NCBI GenBank assembly: GCA_950097015.1
Contig: CATNEN010000038.1
Coordinates: 6,510,001-6,574,000 of the forward strand
From: Macrostomum hystrix
Taxonomy: Eukaryota > Animalia > Platyhelminthes
Length of the DNA stretch: 64,000 bases
Direction of reading: 5' to 3'
The translations under genes were made by a program, and so were the position numbers. The notes beneath the pieces are model-generated. The model was given only the letters and a program-made list of their open reading frames with translations. It was not told where the DNA came from and made no database searches. Positions 27,756-40,319 of this stretch are shown here, in pieces; within the stretch, counting starts at the first letter, position 1; each line of letters starts with the position of its first letter.

Positions 27756-28262
27756 CCTAGCCAAGTTACGACTCCTCCCTTAAACTATATTAATCCCATC
27801 CTTTACTGTGTCTCTCATGGCCATTGCACGCGACTTTCCAAGAAAGCCGTCACCCATCATATCCCTCCCCGTGACATCAAGTTTCAAGTAATGCATTGAG
27901 TGTCAAGTTAGCTGTTGACATTTTTCAATCAACTCCATCGACGCCACTGTTTTCCCCGGGTTGACAAAAATATGGAAAATTCATTTCGCAGCAACCTGAT
28001 CCCAAGATACAGGTAAGCCGATCACAGTTGCTAGCTGGGATTCAAGCTCATTTTAGTCCAATGATTTCCTCTGAAGCTATTCAGTCTACATTCTCATGGT
28101 TTCTACCTGCATCAAATGACCGGACATGGAGTCAGAATAGACTTTGCACCAACGTGAGATTTGAGGCGTAGGCCTAAAAAGGATTAATGCAGATTTTTAA
28201 TTTTATTGATTTGTAAAAACAAGCAAATGGTTAATAAAGTAATATAGTTGTCATGAGCTTTC

Positions 28263-28600
28263 CAAAATGAGGATATCTATGAAATAAAGTAAGAGTATCT
28301 ACAAAATGAGGATATCTACAAAATGAGGATATCTACCAAATGAGGATAACTACCAAATGAGGATATCTCAAAAGTAAGGATTTCTGCAAAATGAGGATAT
28401 CTGCAAAATGAGGACATCTACAAAATAAGGATGTCTACAAAATAGGGATATCTACCAAATGAGGATATCAGCAAAATGAGGATATCAACAAAATGAGGAT
28501 ATCCACAATGTGAGGATATCTACTAAATGAGTTTATCCACAGAATGAGGATATCTACAAAGTGAGGATTTCTACTAAATGTATCCACAGAATGAGGACAT
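28263..28600. repeat. Degenerate 17-bp minisatellite CAAAATGAGGATATCTA
   Basis: Direct tandem copies. Confidence 0.9.
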
Positions 28601-28697
28601 TATATCCTTGGTCAGAGGTGCAATTTCGGGATGTGAAGTTCAAGAAGGCAAGAGATCAATTTTAAATCCTTCAATAAACCGCCAGCAACAAGCAATC

Positions 28698-31600
28698 ATG
28701 TCGAAACAAAACAGCGATGAGCATCAGCCAGCACTGCTGACTGTGCCCACAACTGGAAGAATTAATCAGCATCAGCAGCAGCAGCCCCTGATTTCGGCAG
28801 TCGCCAGAGGAAGTCGTCAGGTTGGGCAGCTCTCAGCAGCTCATAGAAACGACGGCGGAGTCCGGCTGCTTCAACAGGGCAGCGGCGACACCGGCCTTGG
28901 CAGCAGCCTGGAGATTTCTCCCACGGCTACTCCGGTTAGAGCTACCACAGATGATCAGCAGCAGCAGCATCAGCAGCAGCAGCAGCAGCAGCAGCTGGAG
29001 GAGGAACAGGAGGAACAGCAACGAAAGCAGTCGGTATCTAGACGGTAGGTTTTGTTTCTTAAAATTTTCCACTGGGGCATGTGCGTACTGGCCTGTCAAC
29101 GGGCACTCGCCCTCTATGCTAGTTTTTCTTAGGAAAACTCATAAAGTGTTTTCATTCAAGCGTAGTTTGAGCAGTCCTAGAGCTCTATCTGGAAAATTTT
29201 CTTTCATGAGTCATCCTTGCGAGCACTTTTGCGTTAACTTCAATATAATAAGACAATACCGCTGCAGGATTTCTGTCGATTCTCGGAAAGACCTCGACTC
29301 CCTACCAGAAACCAAGAGGCCACTTAAAAAGCAGCAGCAGCAGCCGTCGCTAGAGACAGTCCATAAGCTGCCACACAATCCGGATACGACTCCCACCGCC
29401 AGCGGTGGCATCGGCGGCACCCTGGCGACTACGGAGTCGGCCTGGATGCGATGGTCACGTGACAGGCGTTCGATGCAGCTGAAGCGACAGAAGCAGCAGC
29501 AGCTTCAGGCGGCTCCAATGCCACCAACGCAAGCGTTGCTCATTGACGATGATGCTGACTGGGATGCCGAGGCCGAGGGAGACTGCTCGGAGCTCATGGA
29601 GCCGCCGATGCGAAGAATCTCAACGCCGATCATGAAGGCCCGCGAGGAGAGCGCCAAGCTGGTGACGCCTGAGCTGTACAACCGGCGCCTTCAGCAGCTC
29701 CAGCAGCTGCAGCAGCAGCAGCTGTTGCAGATTGGCAGTGGCGGAGGCGATGTCACAACCACTCTAGCACTGACTACAGCTCCACCGCTGCGAGACAACG
29801 GTCGGAGGAGTCGCCGAAGTCGTCGACAACGTCGGCGGAGCCTGCAGACGTCCTGCCAGGAGCTGACGCCGGTGCAGTGGAGCCGACTGCGCGAGTACTG
29901 GGAGCACCCGACATTCGTGCAGCTGCGCTGCCTGGCCGCCTTCCTGTCGTTCATCAGCGCCTGCGTGCTCATCTTCACGGCTGTCAGCGTCCGCTGGTCC
30001 CGGCACTACCCCGGTGAGAACACCGCCTTGAAGATGCCGACGCCCCGCAGGAAATCTGCGCTCTCACCTTGAAATCTCTAGTCTCATCTTAGAATCTCCC
30101 GTCTCACCTTGAAATACGAGTATCTAGTCTCACCTTGAAATCTCTAGCCTCATCTTAGAATCTCTCGTACTTTCTTAAACTCTATTTTGTCATATTAAAG
30201 TCTTTAGTTTTACAGTTAATGGTTTTTTTGCTTGAAGTAAAAAATACATAAATGGAACTCGTTTACTAATTACTAATTACTAATTACTCGTTTACTAATA
30301 AATGTAATTTCCTCTATGTACGAGTCTATCTTATCTGTTCTTAGACAATCTTATCATGAATCTTCTTACACTCAATAATTATGGCGCTCAACGATTTCCT
30401 CAGGTATTTCCACATTGAGCGGCCTACTCGGTGAATCTACTTAGTCCGGTGCATGCATTTGCACACTCTGACACCTCGTTATCAGGCAGGAGGAAGTTGA
30501 AATAAAAAGGACATCCCAACTATGAATTGGGTAGACAAGGAGAGGGCTTCAGCGATGCTAACACTGTCAGATCGCGTTAGAGAATTTCAGCTGGACTTTT
30601 TCTTATTTTAAAAACTTTTCGCCTAGACTAGCTAGTATATTTAACCCTGTAACTGCTTTTGCCTTAGCAAAGCTAAGAAATTTCATCGAAAAATCCCCGG
30701 TTATCGGAGAAGGTGGTCACAAGAAATCTGGGCCCACTAAGAAATGTATTATCTCCTAGAAATGTATCATTTACTAGAATGTATCATTTCTTAGAAATGC
30801 TTCATTTCACAGAAACTATTCAATCCTAAGGTTATTTTTTTCTGGCAATTTTTTCCTGTAGTCCAATAAATATAGTGTTTTCAAGAAACTTAATTTCCTA
30901 GAAATAAGTGTTTCTTAGAAATTTATCGTTTATAGGTTTTTATCGGTTACATCCAGCGAATAAATTGTTTGTTAGTTCACAGTTCATTACTTCATCAGTG
31001 GAAAGATGCTCTCAGTTTAAAACTGCATGTTTTCCTAAGAGTACCACGAACAGTTCTCAAGCTGTCCTCGCGCTAGCTCGAGTCTGATTGCTGCTGTGGT
31101 GTAGTCTCGTAATCAAATTTTTATTTATAACAGCAACTTCAAAAATGCAGCTAAAAATTATTCACGTTCTAGATGTGTGTGCGTTTGGAGTCTATGAGCT
31201 GTTGTGATAGATAAAATTTGAGTCGTTAACAATTCGCTTATGGACTTACGGAAGCGCCAAAGTTATCAAGGATAATTTTAGCCCATTATTTTAGTTGTCG
31301 AACTTACTGCTGATATTATTGCTGAGATGGGTTCGACAGGACCGAAATTACTGCTCGCAATTTTGGGTCTCTGAGCCATTGCTGATCTATCTATGGACAT
31401 AATGCTATTTTTTTACTTTGTCAGCATTTAGTATATGCAACTAGCAATTTCTACCCCTTCCACTTTAAGTTCTTAGTAATGTGCCAACAACTGGAACAAT
31501 GAAGCGAACGCCGCTTTTTCTAGTGTCTTCAACTGAACTGAGAGAGATAGGGTCAGTATTATTATTTTTAAAGACACGCTTTTCTGCTAATTGTAGTGCC

Positions 31601-34600
31601 AAAGTCGTGTAACACAGAACACACAAATTAGTACGTTTGACATTCAGAGCTGTAGCTTGCCGGCTCAAAGACTCCAAGCTTATTGCCACGGCTGTGAAAT
31701 ACACTCGAATCGTTTTTGGGCCTCTTGCTGCTCGAATGTGAACTCGGGACCTGTCTAATGTGAAAGTCCAAAGCAGCTCCCATCGCTAATCGCGGGAAGT
31801 ATATAATCAAACAAAATATTCGCGAATACGACCACTTTGTGGGAAGCTTCCTGAATTGCGTTTTCGGATGCGGAATAATTGGGCGTGTAGCGAAGGCTTA
31901 GAGGACTGGAGCAATTAGGCAACACTTCAAGCCTCTGTACGGTCTGGGCGGATCTATCTCTCTCTCTCTCTCGCTCAATTTTTTCTCCGAGCTGGTTTCA
32001 AATTGCATCTGTTCAGTTAGTTTCTTGCACCGCTGCTCATTGCAGACAATTCCACATTCGCCCTGTCTGGCCTGTGGAAATCCTGCTTCAAACCAAACGG
32101 CAGTTGCGCTACCAACTTTCATCTGACCCATCTCGACGGCCATGGTGAGTTGGTTTTGTGGGGACCGCTGGGACACAATGTCCTGAGGACAAACAGCTTA
32201 TGTTCTAAAGGACGAAGGAAGTTAACAGACGGTGTCCTGAGGAAGGGGATGTTAACAGACGGTGTCCTGAGGAAGGGGGTGTTAACAGACGGTGTCCTGA
32301 GGAAGGGGTTGTTAACAGACGGTGTCTTGAGAAAGGGGATGTTAACAGACGGTGTCCTAAGGAAGGGGTTGTTAACAGACGGTGTCCTGAGGAAGGGGGT
32401 GTTAACAGACGGTGTCCTGAGGAAGGGGGTGTTAACAGACGGTGTCCTAAGGAAGGGGTTGTTAACAGACGGTGTCCTGAGGAAGGGGTTGTTAACAGAC
32501 GGTGTCTTGAGGAAGGGGATGTTAACAGACGGTGTCCTAAGGAAGGGGTTGTTAACAGACGGTGTCCTGAGGAAGGGGGTGTTAACAGACGGTGTCCTGA
32601 GGAAGGGGTTGTTAACAGACGGTGTCTTGAGGAAGGGGATGTTAACAGACGGTGTCCTAAGGAAGGGGTTGTTAACAGACGGTGTCCTGAGGAAGGGGGT
32701 GTTAACAGACGGTGTCCTGAGGAAGGGGGTGTTAACAGACGGTGTCCTGAGGAAGGAGATGTTAACAGACGGTGTCCTGAGGAAGTAGATGTTAACAGAC
32801 GGTGTCTAAAGGAAGGGGTTGTTAACAGACGGTGTCCTGAGGAAGAGGGTGTTAACAGACGGTGTCCTGAGGAAGGAGATGTTAACAGACGGTGTCCTGA
32901 GGAAGTAGATGTTAACAGACGGTGTCCTGAGGAAGTAGATGTTAACAGACGGTGTCTAAAGGAAGGGGTTGTTAACAGACGGTGTCCTGAGGAAGAGGGT
33001 GTTAACAGACGGTGTCCTGAGGAAGGAGATGTTAACAGACGGTGTCCTGAGGAAGTAGATGTTAACAGACGGTGTCTAAAGGAAGGGGTTGTTAACAGAC
33101 GGTGTCCTGAGGAAGAGGGTGTTAACAGACGGTATCCTGAGGACGGGGGTGTTAACAGACGGTGTCCTGAGGAAGGGGGTGTTAACAGACGGTGTCCTGA
33201 GGAAGGGGGTGTTAACAGACAGTGTCCCGAGGAAGTAGATGTTAACAGACGGTGTCTAAAGGAAGGGGGTGTTAACAGACAGTGTCCCGAGGAAGTAGAT
33301 GTTAACAGACGGTGTCTAAAGGAAGGGGGTGTTAACAGACAGTGTCCCGAGGAAGTAGATGTTAACAGACGGTGTCTAAAGGAAGGGGGTGTTAACAGAC
33401 AGTGTCCCGAGGAAGTAGATGTTAACAGACGGTGTCTAAAGGAAGGGGGTGTTAACAGACAGTGTCCCGAGGAAGTAGATGTTAACAGACGGTGTCTAAA
33501 GGAAGGGGGTGTTAACAGACAGTGTCCCGAGGAAGGGCGTGTAAACAGACGATGTCTTAAGGGAGGGGGTGTTAACAGACGGTGTCCTAAGGATGGGGGT
33601 GTTAACAGACGGTGTCCTAAGGAAGGGGGTGTTAACAGACAGTGTCCTAAGGAAGTGGGTGTTGTATCACAAGCATTAATCAGATTGACGCCCAATATTT
33701 CCATCCTTACTCCACAGACTGGCAGAAGGCTATCTTAGGCCTAGTGCTGTTCTCCGCATTGTTCGCATGTAGCGGCACAGTTTTGGCCGGGCTTGGTATC
33801 TGCGTGAGCTTCCTACCGAAGAAGATGTACTACTTGCACTCGGCTGGGGAGGTCTGCTTTGTGGCCGGTGAGAACTCGACTCATAATTCTGCTGAGTTTC
33901 TGGAGTCCGACTCATTAAAATAAGTAAATAGAACTGGAAACACGCGAGTCTAAGCTTTTCGTTTAAAAATTTTTGTCAGTGGGAGACCCAACCTTCATTA
34001 GTAAAAACCCAACTTCCTTCAATGTGAAACCTAGCTCATTCAATGTGACACCTCCTTCGGTGTGGAACGTCCTTCAGTGTGGAACGTCCTTCAGTGTGAA
34101 CCCTCCTTCAGTGTGGAACCTCCTTCAGTGTGGAACCTCCTTCAGTGTGGAACCTCCTTCAGTGTGGAACCTCCTTCAGTGTGGAACCTCCTTCAGTGTG
34201 GAACCTCCTTCAGTGTGAACCCTCCTTCAGTGTGGAACCTCCTTCAGTGTGGAACCTCCTTCAGTGTGAAACCTAATCCAGAGTGAAGTCTCCTTCCTTT
34301 AGTGTGAAACCTACACGCGGAAACCCAGCCTACTTAGCAGGCCTCTAAATCCCACTCTCCTCGCTCAAAGCCCTAGCTAGCGGTGTCGGCCTGTCAGTAT
34401 ACCCCTACACGGTGCGCAAGCTAGGCTACCAGCGACATCGCTACGGCACTGCCTACTGGATTGGCTGGGTCGCCTGCATCCTGCTGACCCTCGCCTCTCT
34501 TGGACTCATGCTGGACCATCTGGTGCGCGAGTCCAGCAGGCCACGCCAGTGTCCTCGCTGCTGTTGCCTCTTCTGTCGCTCGATGCGTCGTCAGAAGCGA

Positions 34601-34714
34601 CTTCAACAGGCGCTAGTCAGGCAGTCGGATTCGCCAGCCGCGCCTGGTCGCGCCTCAGGGCCGGTTGAGGAGGAAATCGAGCTAAGGTCCGCATCTGGCG
34701 CCGTTGCGCTTTAA
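28698..34714 (+). CDS. Claudin/PMP22-superfamily tetraspan protein with long polyQ N-terminus; exons 28698-29044, 29268-30013, 32046-32144, 33718-33867, 34371-34714 (561 aa)
   Basis: All introns GT-AG and phase-compatible; W...GLWKSC...C first-loop motif; four hydrophobic segments; YGTAYWIGWVA before TM4. Confidence 0.85.
32220..33660. repeat. Intronic minisatellite, 30-bp unit GTTAACAGACGGTGTCCTGAGGAAGGGGGT
   Basis: Direct tandem copies; 60-bp dimers in the distal part. Confidence 0.97.
34015..34310. repeat. Intronic minisatellite, 17-bp unit CCTCCTTCAGTGTGGAA
   Basis: Direct tandem copies. Confidence 0.93.
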
Positions 34715-34861
34715 CCCATGTCAGCTAAAAATGATTTCTGTCACATGCATGAGATGAGAGTATTTGCCTGACTATACTGCCTTAATTACTTAATTAAAAA
34801 TATAATCGAAAATGGTTCTCTACCCCCATGTACAGCATACAATCACCAAGTAGGGAGCTGA

Positions 34862-35420
34862 CTCTGATACCCTCTGTCCCTGACACCCTCTGTCCCTGAC
34901 ACCCACTGTCCCTGACACCCACTATCCCTGACACACACAGTCCCTGACACACACTTTCCCTGACACCCACTGTCCCTGACACACACTGTCCCTGACACAC
35001 ACTGTCCCTGACATTCACTGTCCCTGACACCCACTGTCCCTGACACCCACTGTCCCTGACACCCACTGTCCCTGACACCCACTATCCCTGACACACACTG
35101 TCCCTGACACACACTTTCCCTGACACCCACTGTCCCTGACACACACTGTCCCTGACACACACTGTCCCTGACATTCACTGTCCCTGACACACACTGTCCC
35201 TGACACACACTGTCCGACACCCACTGTCACTGACACACACTGTCTCTGACACCCACTGTCCCTGACACCCACTGTCCCTGACACACACTGTCCCTGACAC
35301 ACACTGTCCCTAACACCCACTGTCCCTGACACCCACTATCCCTGACACCCACTGTCCCTGACACCCACTGTCCCTAATACCCACTGTCCCTGACACACAC
35401 TGACTCTGACACACTGGTGA
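34862..35420. repeat. Minisatellite, 16-bp unit ACTGTCCCTGACACCC
   Basis: Direct tandem copies. Confidence 0.95.
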
Positions 35421-36257
35421 CACAATAATCGTGGCACAATATCCCTGATACCTCAATACTGAAACATGCTACACAAATTCGCATCATCGTCTGACAGCCG
35501 AACTGTGACACCAAAATCACAGATATTTTTTTCTGCGACCCGATAAGTTTAGTATCATTGCTTTTTGTCATTTTCTATAATAAATTTGTGACAATTTTAA
35601 GACAACACGCGCGTGCTATGAATATGCAGTCATTAACAGTCAAATGATCGGTCTGTTATTACGAAGTATGAATACTTTGCCATTGGAAGTAAATAATGCA
35701 ACTTTCAGTTAAATTGAGAGTCAATTCAAGCAATTTTAACAATGAAGTAACTAAAGTAATGAAAGCAATGAAAGAACCAAAGAATGAAGAATGGAGTTAT
35801 GTGTGTAAGTTTGTCTGTCTGTCGGTTGGCTGTCGGTCATAAATTGTTATCTGTCATTTTTCTGGCAGTCAAAGCTTTTTTGTCTATGGCCTTTTGGGTT
35901 GACTGCGCAGCTCGATACTCGAGTTCTATTTATAGTTGATGCATTAAATGCTATCAAAGTTTGTCTGTGGCATTTTTATTTTGTTCACAGCTCGAGACTG
36001 AAAGTAAAACAAGGACTATCTGCTGAAACAGTGGTATAAGCAACAAATACTTTCATAGATGTGGCAGCTGTCTATGGCCGTTCTCGGCCTGGCCGTCGGT
36101 ACAGTAAAATTGCTGCAGCAAAGATCACTAGAAAGTTAACTACGAAGTTAAGAGGTAAATTAATATTTATTAGAAAACTGCCTTCTAGTCTTCTAAACTG
36201 TCGAAATATAGAAACGCACTTTTTTGTAGAAACTTTTTTCGTGACGCCCTGAAAACT

Positions 36258-36737
36258 ATGAAAACGAGGTTGTACCTGACTCCCAGCCTGCTGGTACTTC
36301 TCTACTTGCTGACTGGCTTCGAGCCCTGCATTGGAGCAGAGTGTCTGCCGCAGATGATGAAAAGAATTGTGCCACTTGAGCTTCGCCAAGTTCAAGCGCA
36401 TGGTCAATACAGATCATTTTTTCGATGCAAAGTATCTGCAGCCTTTCTTACCGATGCAAGCCAAGCGAATGGAGTATTGTACCGAGTAGAATACAAACTG
36501 ACGTTCAGAAATAGGACTACAATCGACATTCATCCATGCCGCTGGCAGGATGTAAGCATCCCGGTTGGAGAGAACAGGACCTTCGACTGCAGTTCCGAGC
36601 TCGTGCTCAACAGCAAAATCCTGGTGTACGGCGGTTCGCTCATGTGCCGAGCTCTAGCCAGATGCGACATCGCTGGGGCGCGGTACGACTCAAATCATGT
36701 CTCTGTTGCTCTCGACTTTCCGGCTAATGTATCATAA
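36258..36737 (+). CDS. Small secreted protein (159 aa): signal peptide plus a single VWDE-like Ig-type domain
   Basis: Intact intronless ORF; hydrophobic N-terminus; FFRC...LYRVEY...YGGSLMCRALA pattern; homologous to 3560-3970 and to 42240-42570(-). Confidence 0.7.
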   Translation: MKTRLYLTPSLLVLLYLLTGFEPCIGAECLPQMMKRIVPLELRQVQAHGQYRSFFRCKVSAAFLTDASQANGVLYRVEYKLTFRNRTTIDIHPCRWQDVSIPVGENRTFDCSSELVLNSKILVYGGSLMCRALARCDIAGARYDSNHVSVALDFPANVS

Positions 36738-37424
36738 CAAAAAGCATTACTGAATGATCCAAATAACAAACAGAAGAGAAACCACTGAAGCCGTGACTCG
36801 TTTATTTTGCAAGAATCCGCTCCCGTTTCCAAACTAAACATTTAGGAAAAATGTATTACATTTAAATTTTTCATTTAAAATGAGAAGAAATCGCTATGAA
36901 AAAGAACCCTGTCTGTCCACAACGAGAAATAAATAAACTGTCTACCTGAAGCACACAGCTCATCAGAAACCTTTTGATGCGATTAATTAAATCGGAAAAA
37001 AATCTACTAAATTACAAAAGTGTTTGTTTTGGCTCTTTTAAAAAGCGTAATATTTGCCAGCAAAGTAAAACATTTTAATGCTCATTAATGGTAGATTAAG
37101 TCTATGTTTTCAGTCTTGGATAATGATCACAGTCACGAGTGGCGAAGCCTGATCATTATTTAATTCTGAAACCATAGACATAAGCGCATTATCAGATAGA
37201 CTAGCGCTTTCGGTTGATCATTATGTAACGCCTTAGCCACGCCATTAAATAACGCTGCAGTGTCTTCGTGCCATCGATATTGGCTCGGCAGTGAGCAGGG
37301 TCAAGGGTCTAATCGGACCATAGACAATTTTTTAGAATACAGTTCTCTAAAAGAAAAGCTCGACCATGAAGTCTGTTAGGAAGTTAATAACTAGAAGCAA
37401 GAAGCGAGAGAAATCTAATTGAAA

Positions 37425-39381
37425 ATGCCTCTTATCAACTGGAAAAATCTACCGGTCGACAGTTTAGATGGCGTCTCGTCTACTGAACTAGATTTTCTGA
37501 GTGAACTGAGTGCCGTGAACCACAGTTCCGATGAAATTCTTGGAGATTTTATCGACTACCTGTCTAAAATCGAGACGGCTGATGCGGCCGCTGCGGTTTT
37601 TTAGTGTCGAGCTTCCAGAACTATCTGATTTACCCAGTGCAATGGATGTTGTCGAACTGGAATCACTGCCGAGCACTACACGAGAACACATTTTTCTGTA
37701 TGGCAAAATGTTCGTGGAGTTTTTGAAGAAGCATGGTGCTGTCGATGTGAGCGTGATCAGTGACAGTCGCTTGGCCGAATTTCTAAGGTTCTTTTACTTC
37801 TGTCTAAAAAATCTGACGGCAGTTGCTATTCGCCAGCACGTTGGTCTGCATTCGTGCTGGAGTGCAGAGGTACTTGACTCTCGTGCTGAAGCGTCGAACA
37901 AATATTATTTCCAGTGACGAGTTCGCCACTGCCAACCGGATGCTGCGAGTAAAGGTGCGGCATTTTCATGCTGATGGAGGCACTGTCAATCAGCACGAGC
38001 CAATAGAAGAAGGTGATTTACAGAAAATGCGTGCTTATTTTGACCGTTCTACAGCTGAACGGTTGCAAGATGAAGTACTATTTACGCTGCTGTATGTCCT
38101 GGGCGAGAGAGGTCTTACTTACTTACTTTGCAGTGGGGCCTGGGGCACTTGACGCACAAACACAGGAACGGCATGCCCCCAGGCCGGCGAACTAGGCGAG
38201 AGCCGCCCATCGCGCCGCCTCCCCTGAGCAGGCACCTCACACACACAGCAGCAAGCCAAGCGGGGAAGGGGGCGGCAGCCGGAGTGCCTCTCACCCCAGG
38301 CCCGCACACGCACAGAGCAGACCAAGCCGATAAGAAAGGCTGATAAGGCTGATAAGAAATCAGTCCTCAGGGGGGGGCGGGTGACGAGTGTACACTTTAT
38401 CCAATCGCGCTGACGGAAATCCAGATGAGCGCGCGGCGGTGTACACCCACCCCCCAGCCACCCCCCGCAAGGTCTAACGCCCCAGCGCCAACGCACATAA
38501 CTCATACAACGCAGAACAGGCACACAGAAGGTAGGAGCGAAGCTATTTTTCAAGCTTTGATTGCACGAAATATGGTGCACCTCCGCAGGTCGCTACTGTC
38601 CAAACCCCCCCAACAAGTACCGAAATTAATCGTGACCTGAAGGGTGAATCGAACTAGCGTCCTTTGGAGTGCGAGGCAGCGACGTTAGCCGCTGACCCCC
38701 CTCGCCCCCGGCGAGAGAGGTCAAGAACACCTGTCAAGTCTAAAGCAAGTTGGCACGCTCCAAGAAGAAGTCGACGCTGATGGGAATCCATATCTTGCGT
38801 TGCCGCCGTTAAAGACAAAAAACCAGAGTAGCGATCCAACAAAATGCAAGGGATATCAGCGCAAACAGAGTCGGATCTACGGCGCTCAGCGGGAGTTGAT
38901 CCTGCATTATCAGAGTTTTGTTACCGCAGAATTCGTCCTCGTTTTTCCGCGCCCTCTGACTAACAATTCGGGAGGACAAATTCGCTTCTCTGCTACGCAA
39001 GTGCGCGGTGTCAATTGGTTGGCTGCATTCATGAAGCACGTTAGTAGTGTGTGCAACCTCACCAAGCAGTACACGAATCACTGCATACGTGTCACGCGTA
39101 TTTCGGATCTTTTCGACAAAGGAATGCCTATGGTTGAGATAATGGCGGTAACGGGACAACGATCGGAGTCCACTGTTCGACGTTATCTCGCACGCAAGCG
39201 TGACAGAACCCTCAGGAAGGTTGCTACCGCTGTTAGTGACAATTTGGCCCCACCAACCGAGGCGACTACGAGTGCAACCACTAGTGCAACAGTCATGCAG
39301 CAAGCTCAAGGTGACATGCGAAGTGAGCAACAGCCGATGTTTGCCAACTGCCTCTTCGATGGGTGCACGTTCAACTTCTAA
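37425..39381 (+). pseudogene. Crypton tyrosine recombinase (DUF3504/ZMYM-KCTD1-related), frameshifted and SINE-interrupted
   Basis: LRFFYF..K.DGSCYSP.TLVCIRAGVQRYL; GERG|QEHL..D.DGNPY..KTKNQ; GVNWLAAFMK; YTNHCIR; IMAVTGQRS..TVRRY. Confidence 0.88.
38115..38709 (-). mobile_element. tRNA-derived SINE (~595 bp)
   Basis: 13-bp TSD GGCGAGAGAGGTC at 38102-38114 and 38710-38722; minus-strand head with A-box-like GGTCAGCGG and B-box AGTTCGATTC; (AAGT)n tail. Confidence 0.85.
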
Positions 39382-40319
39382 CAAAGAATATATAGCTCGT
39401 ACTTATAAGTCTTAACTGTCGAAAATTAAATACTTTGGTATTCGTTTGCTTTGCTATATCCTCGATCTGTTGCCTGTTAAAGTTCTTGTTGCATTAATAA
39501 AAATTAATAAAATAATAATAAAAACATTAATAAACAATAAAAACAGTTAAATTAATAAAATTAATAAAAACTGTGAATTTCTCGCTCATAATCTATGGCA
39601 ATTTATCGTGACTTAACAGCTTCATTAAAAAATGCATTAAAAACGATAGTCTATATGATAATGATGAGTTCGATATCGAGCTAATTTGCAAAGCAGTGCA
39701 ATTTTTTCACTAAAAAATATTTTGCAATTTTTTTTTATTTATACTAAATAAAATAGAACGACATAAAAGCATTTTTAGATGGTAAATTATAGTGCGGCAC
39801 ACTGATCCTAAAAACACTAGATGTGTAAAATCAAGAGAGATCAGACAGAATAGATGAGACAGGTGAGGTTTGATAGGGACATGGGACACGGGACATGGGA
39901 GAGATGAGACACGGGAGAGTACAGGAGTGCTGTGATCAGACATGGTATAGATCAGGCACGGCTGAGATGAGACAGTAGAGATGAGATATGGTAGAGATGA
40001 AACACGAGAGAGATGAAACACGAAAGAGATGACCACTTCGTGACCACTTTTTGCTTCTGTCTCATTTCTCCCATTATGGTGGATTTGAGTGCCTGCCTGC
40101 CCCATTGCTATGTGTAGCGTCGTCACGTGTACGCCTGGCGCTTCCCCCTTCTCTGTGTGCGTGTTGCATGTGCATTGTGGGGTAGGTGTCGCGTCACAGA
40201 GAGATAGAGAGAGTGCATGTAAGTAGGTGCGACCAATCGCTAAGCTTTGAAGGTAAAATATAAAGCAACTGTTGGACATAGGCCTCTAAGACCTTTTCTG
40301 AACAACCTCAGAGTGAGCT

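Larger units (their letters stand above)
37086..39663 (+). mobile_element. Crypton-type tyrosine-recombinase DNA transposon
   Basis: Absent from the paralogous site at ~9478-9490; TAATG direct repeats at 37086-37090 and 39659-39663; 5' hairpin; YR gene inside. Confidence 0.88.

Noticed and set aside
32220-33660. 30-34-bp regular repeats (also 59143-61040) resembling CRISPR arrays
   Set aside because: Head-to-tail units with no unique spacers, no cas genes, and a eukaryotic context
38640-38709. Possible tRNA gene
   Set aside because: No complete cloverleaf or acceptor stem; it is the head of a TSD-flanked SINE
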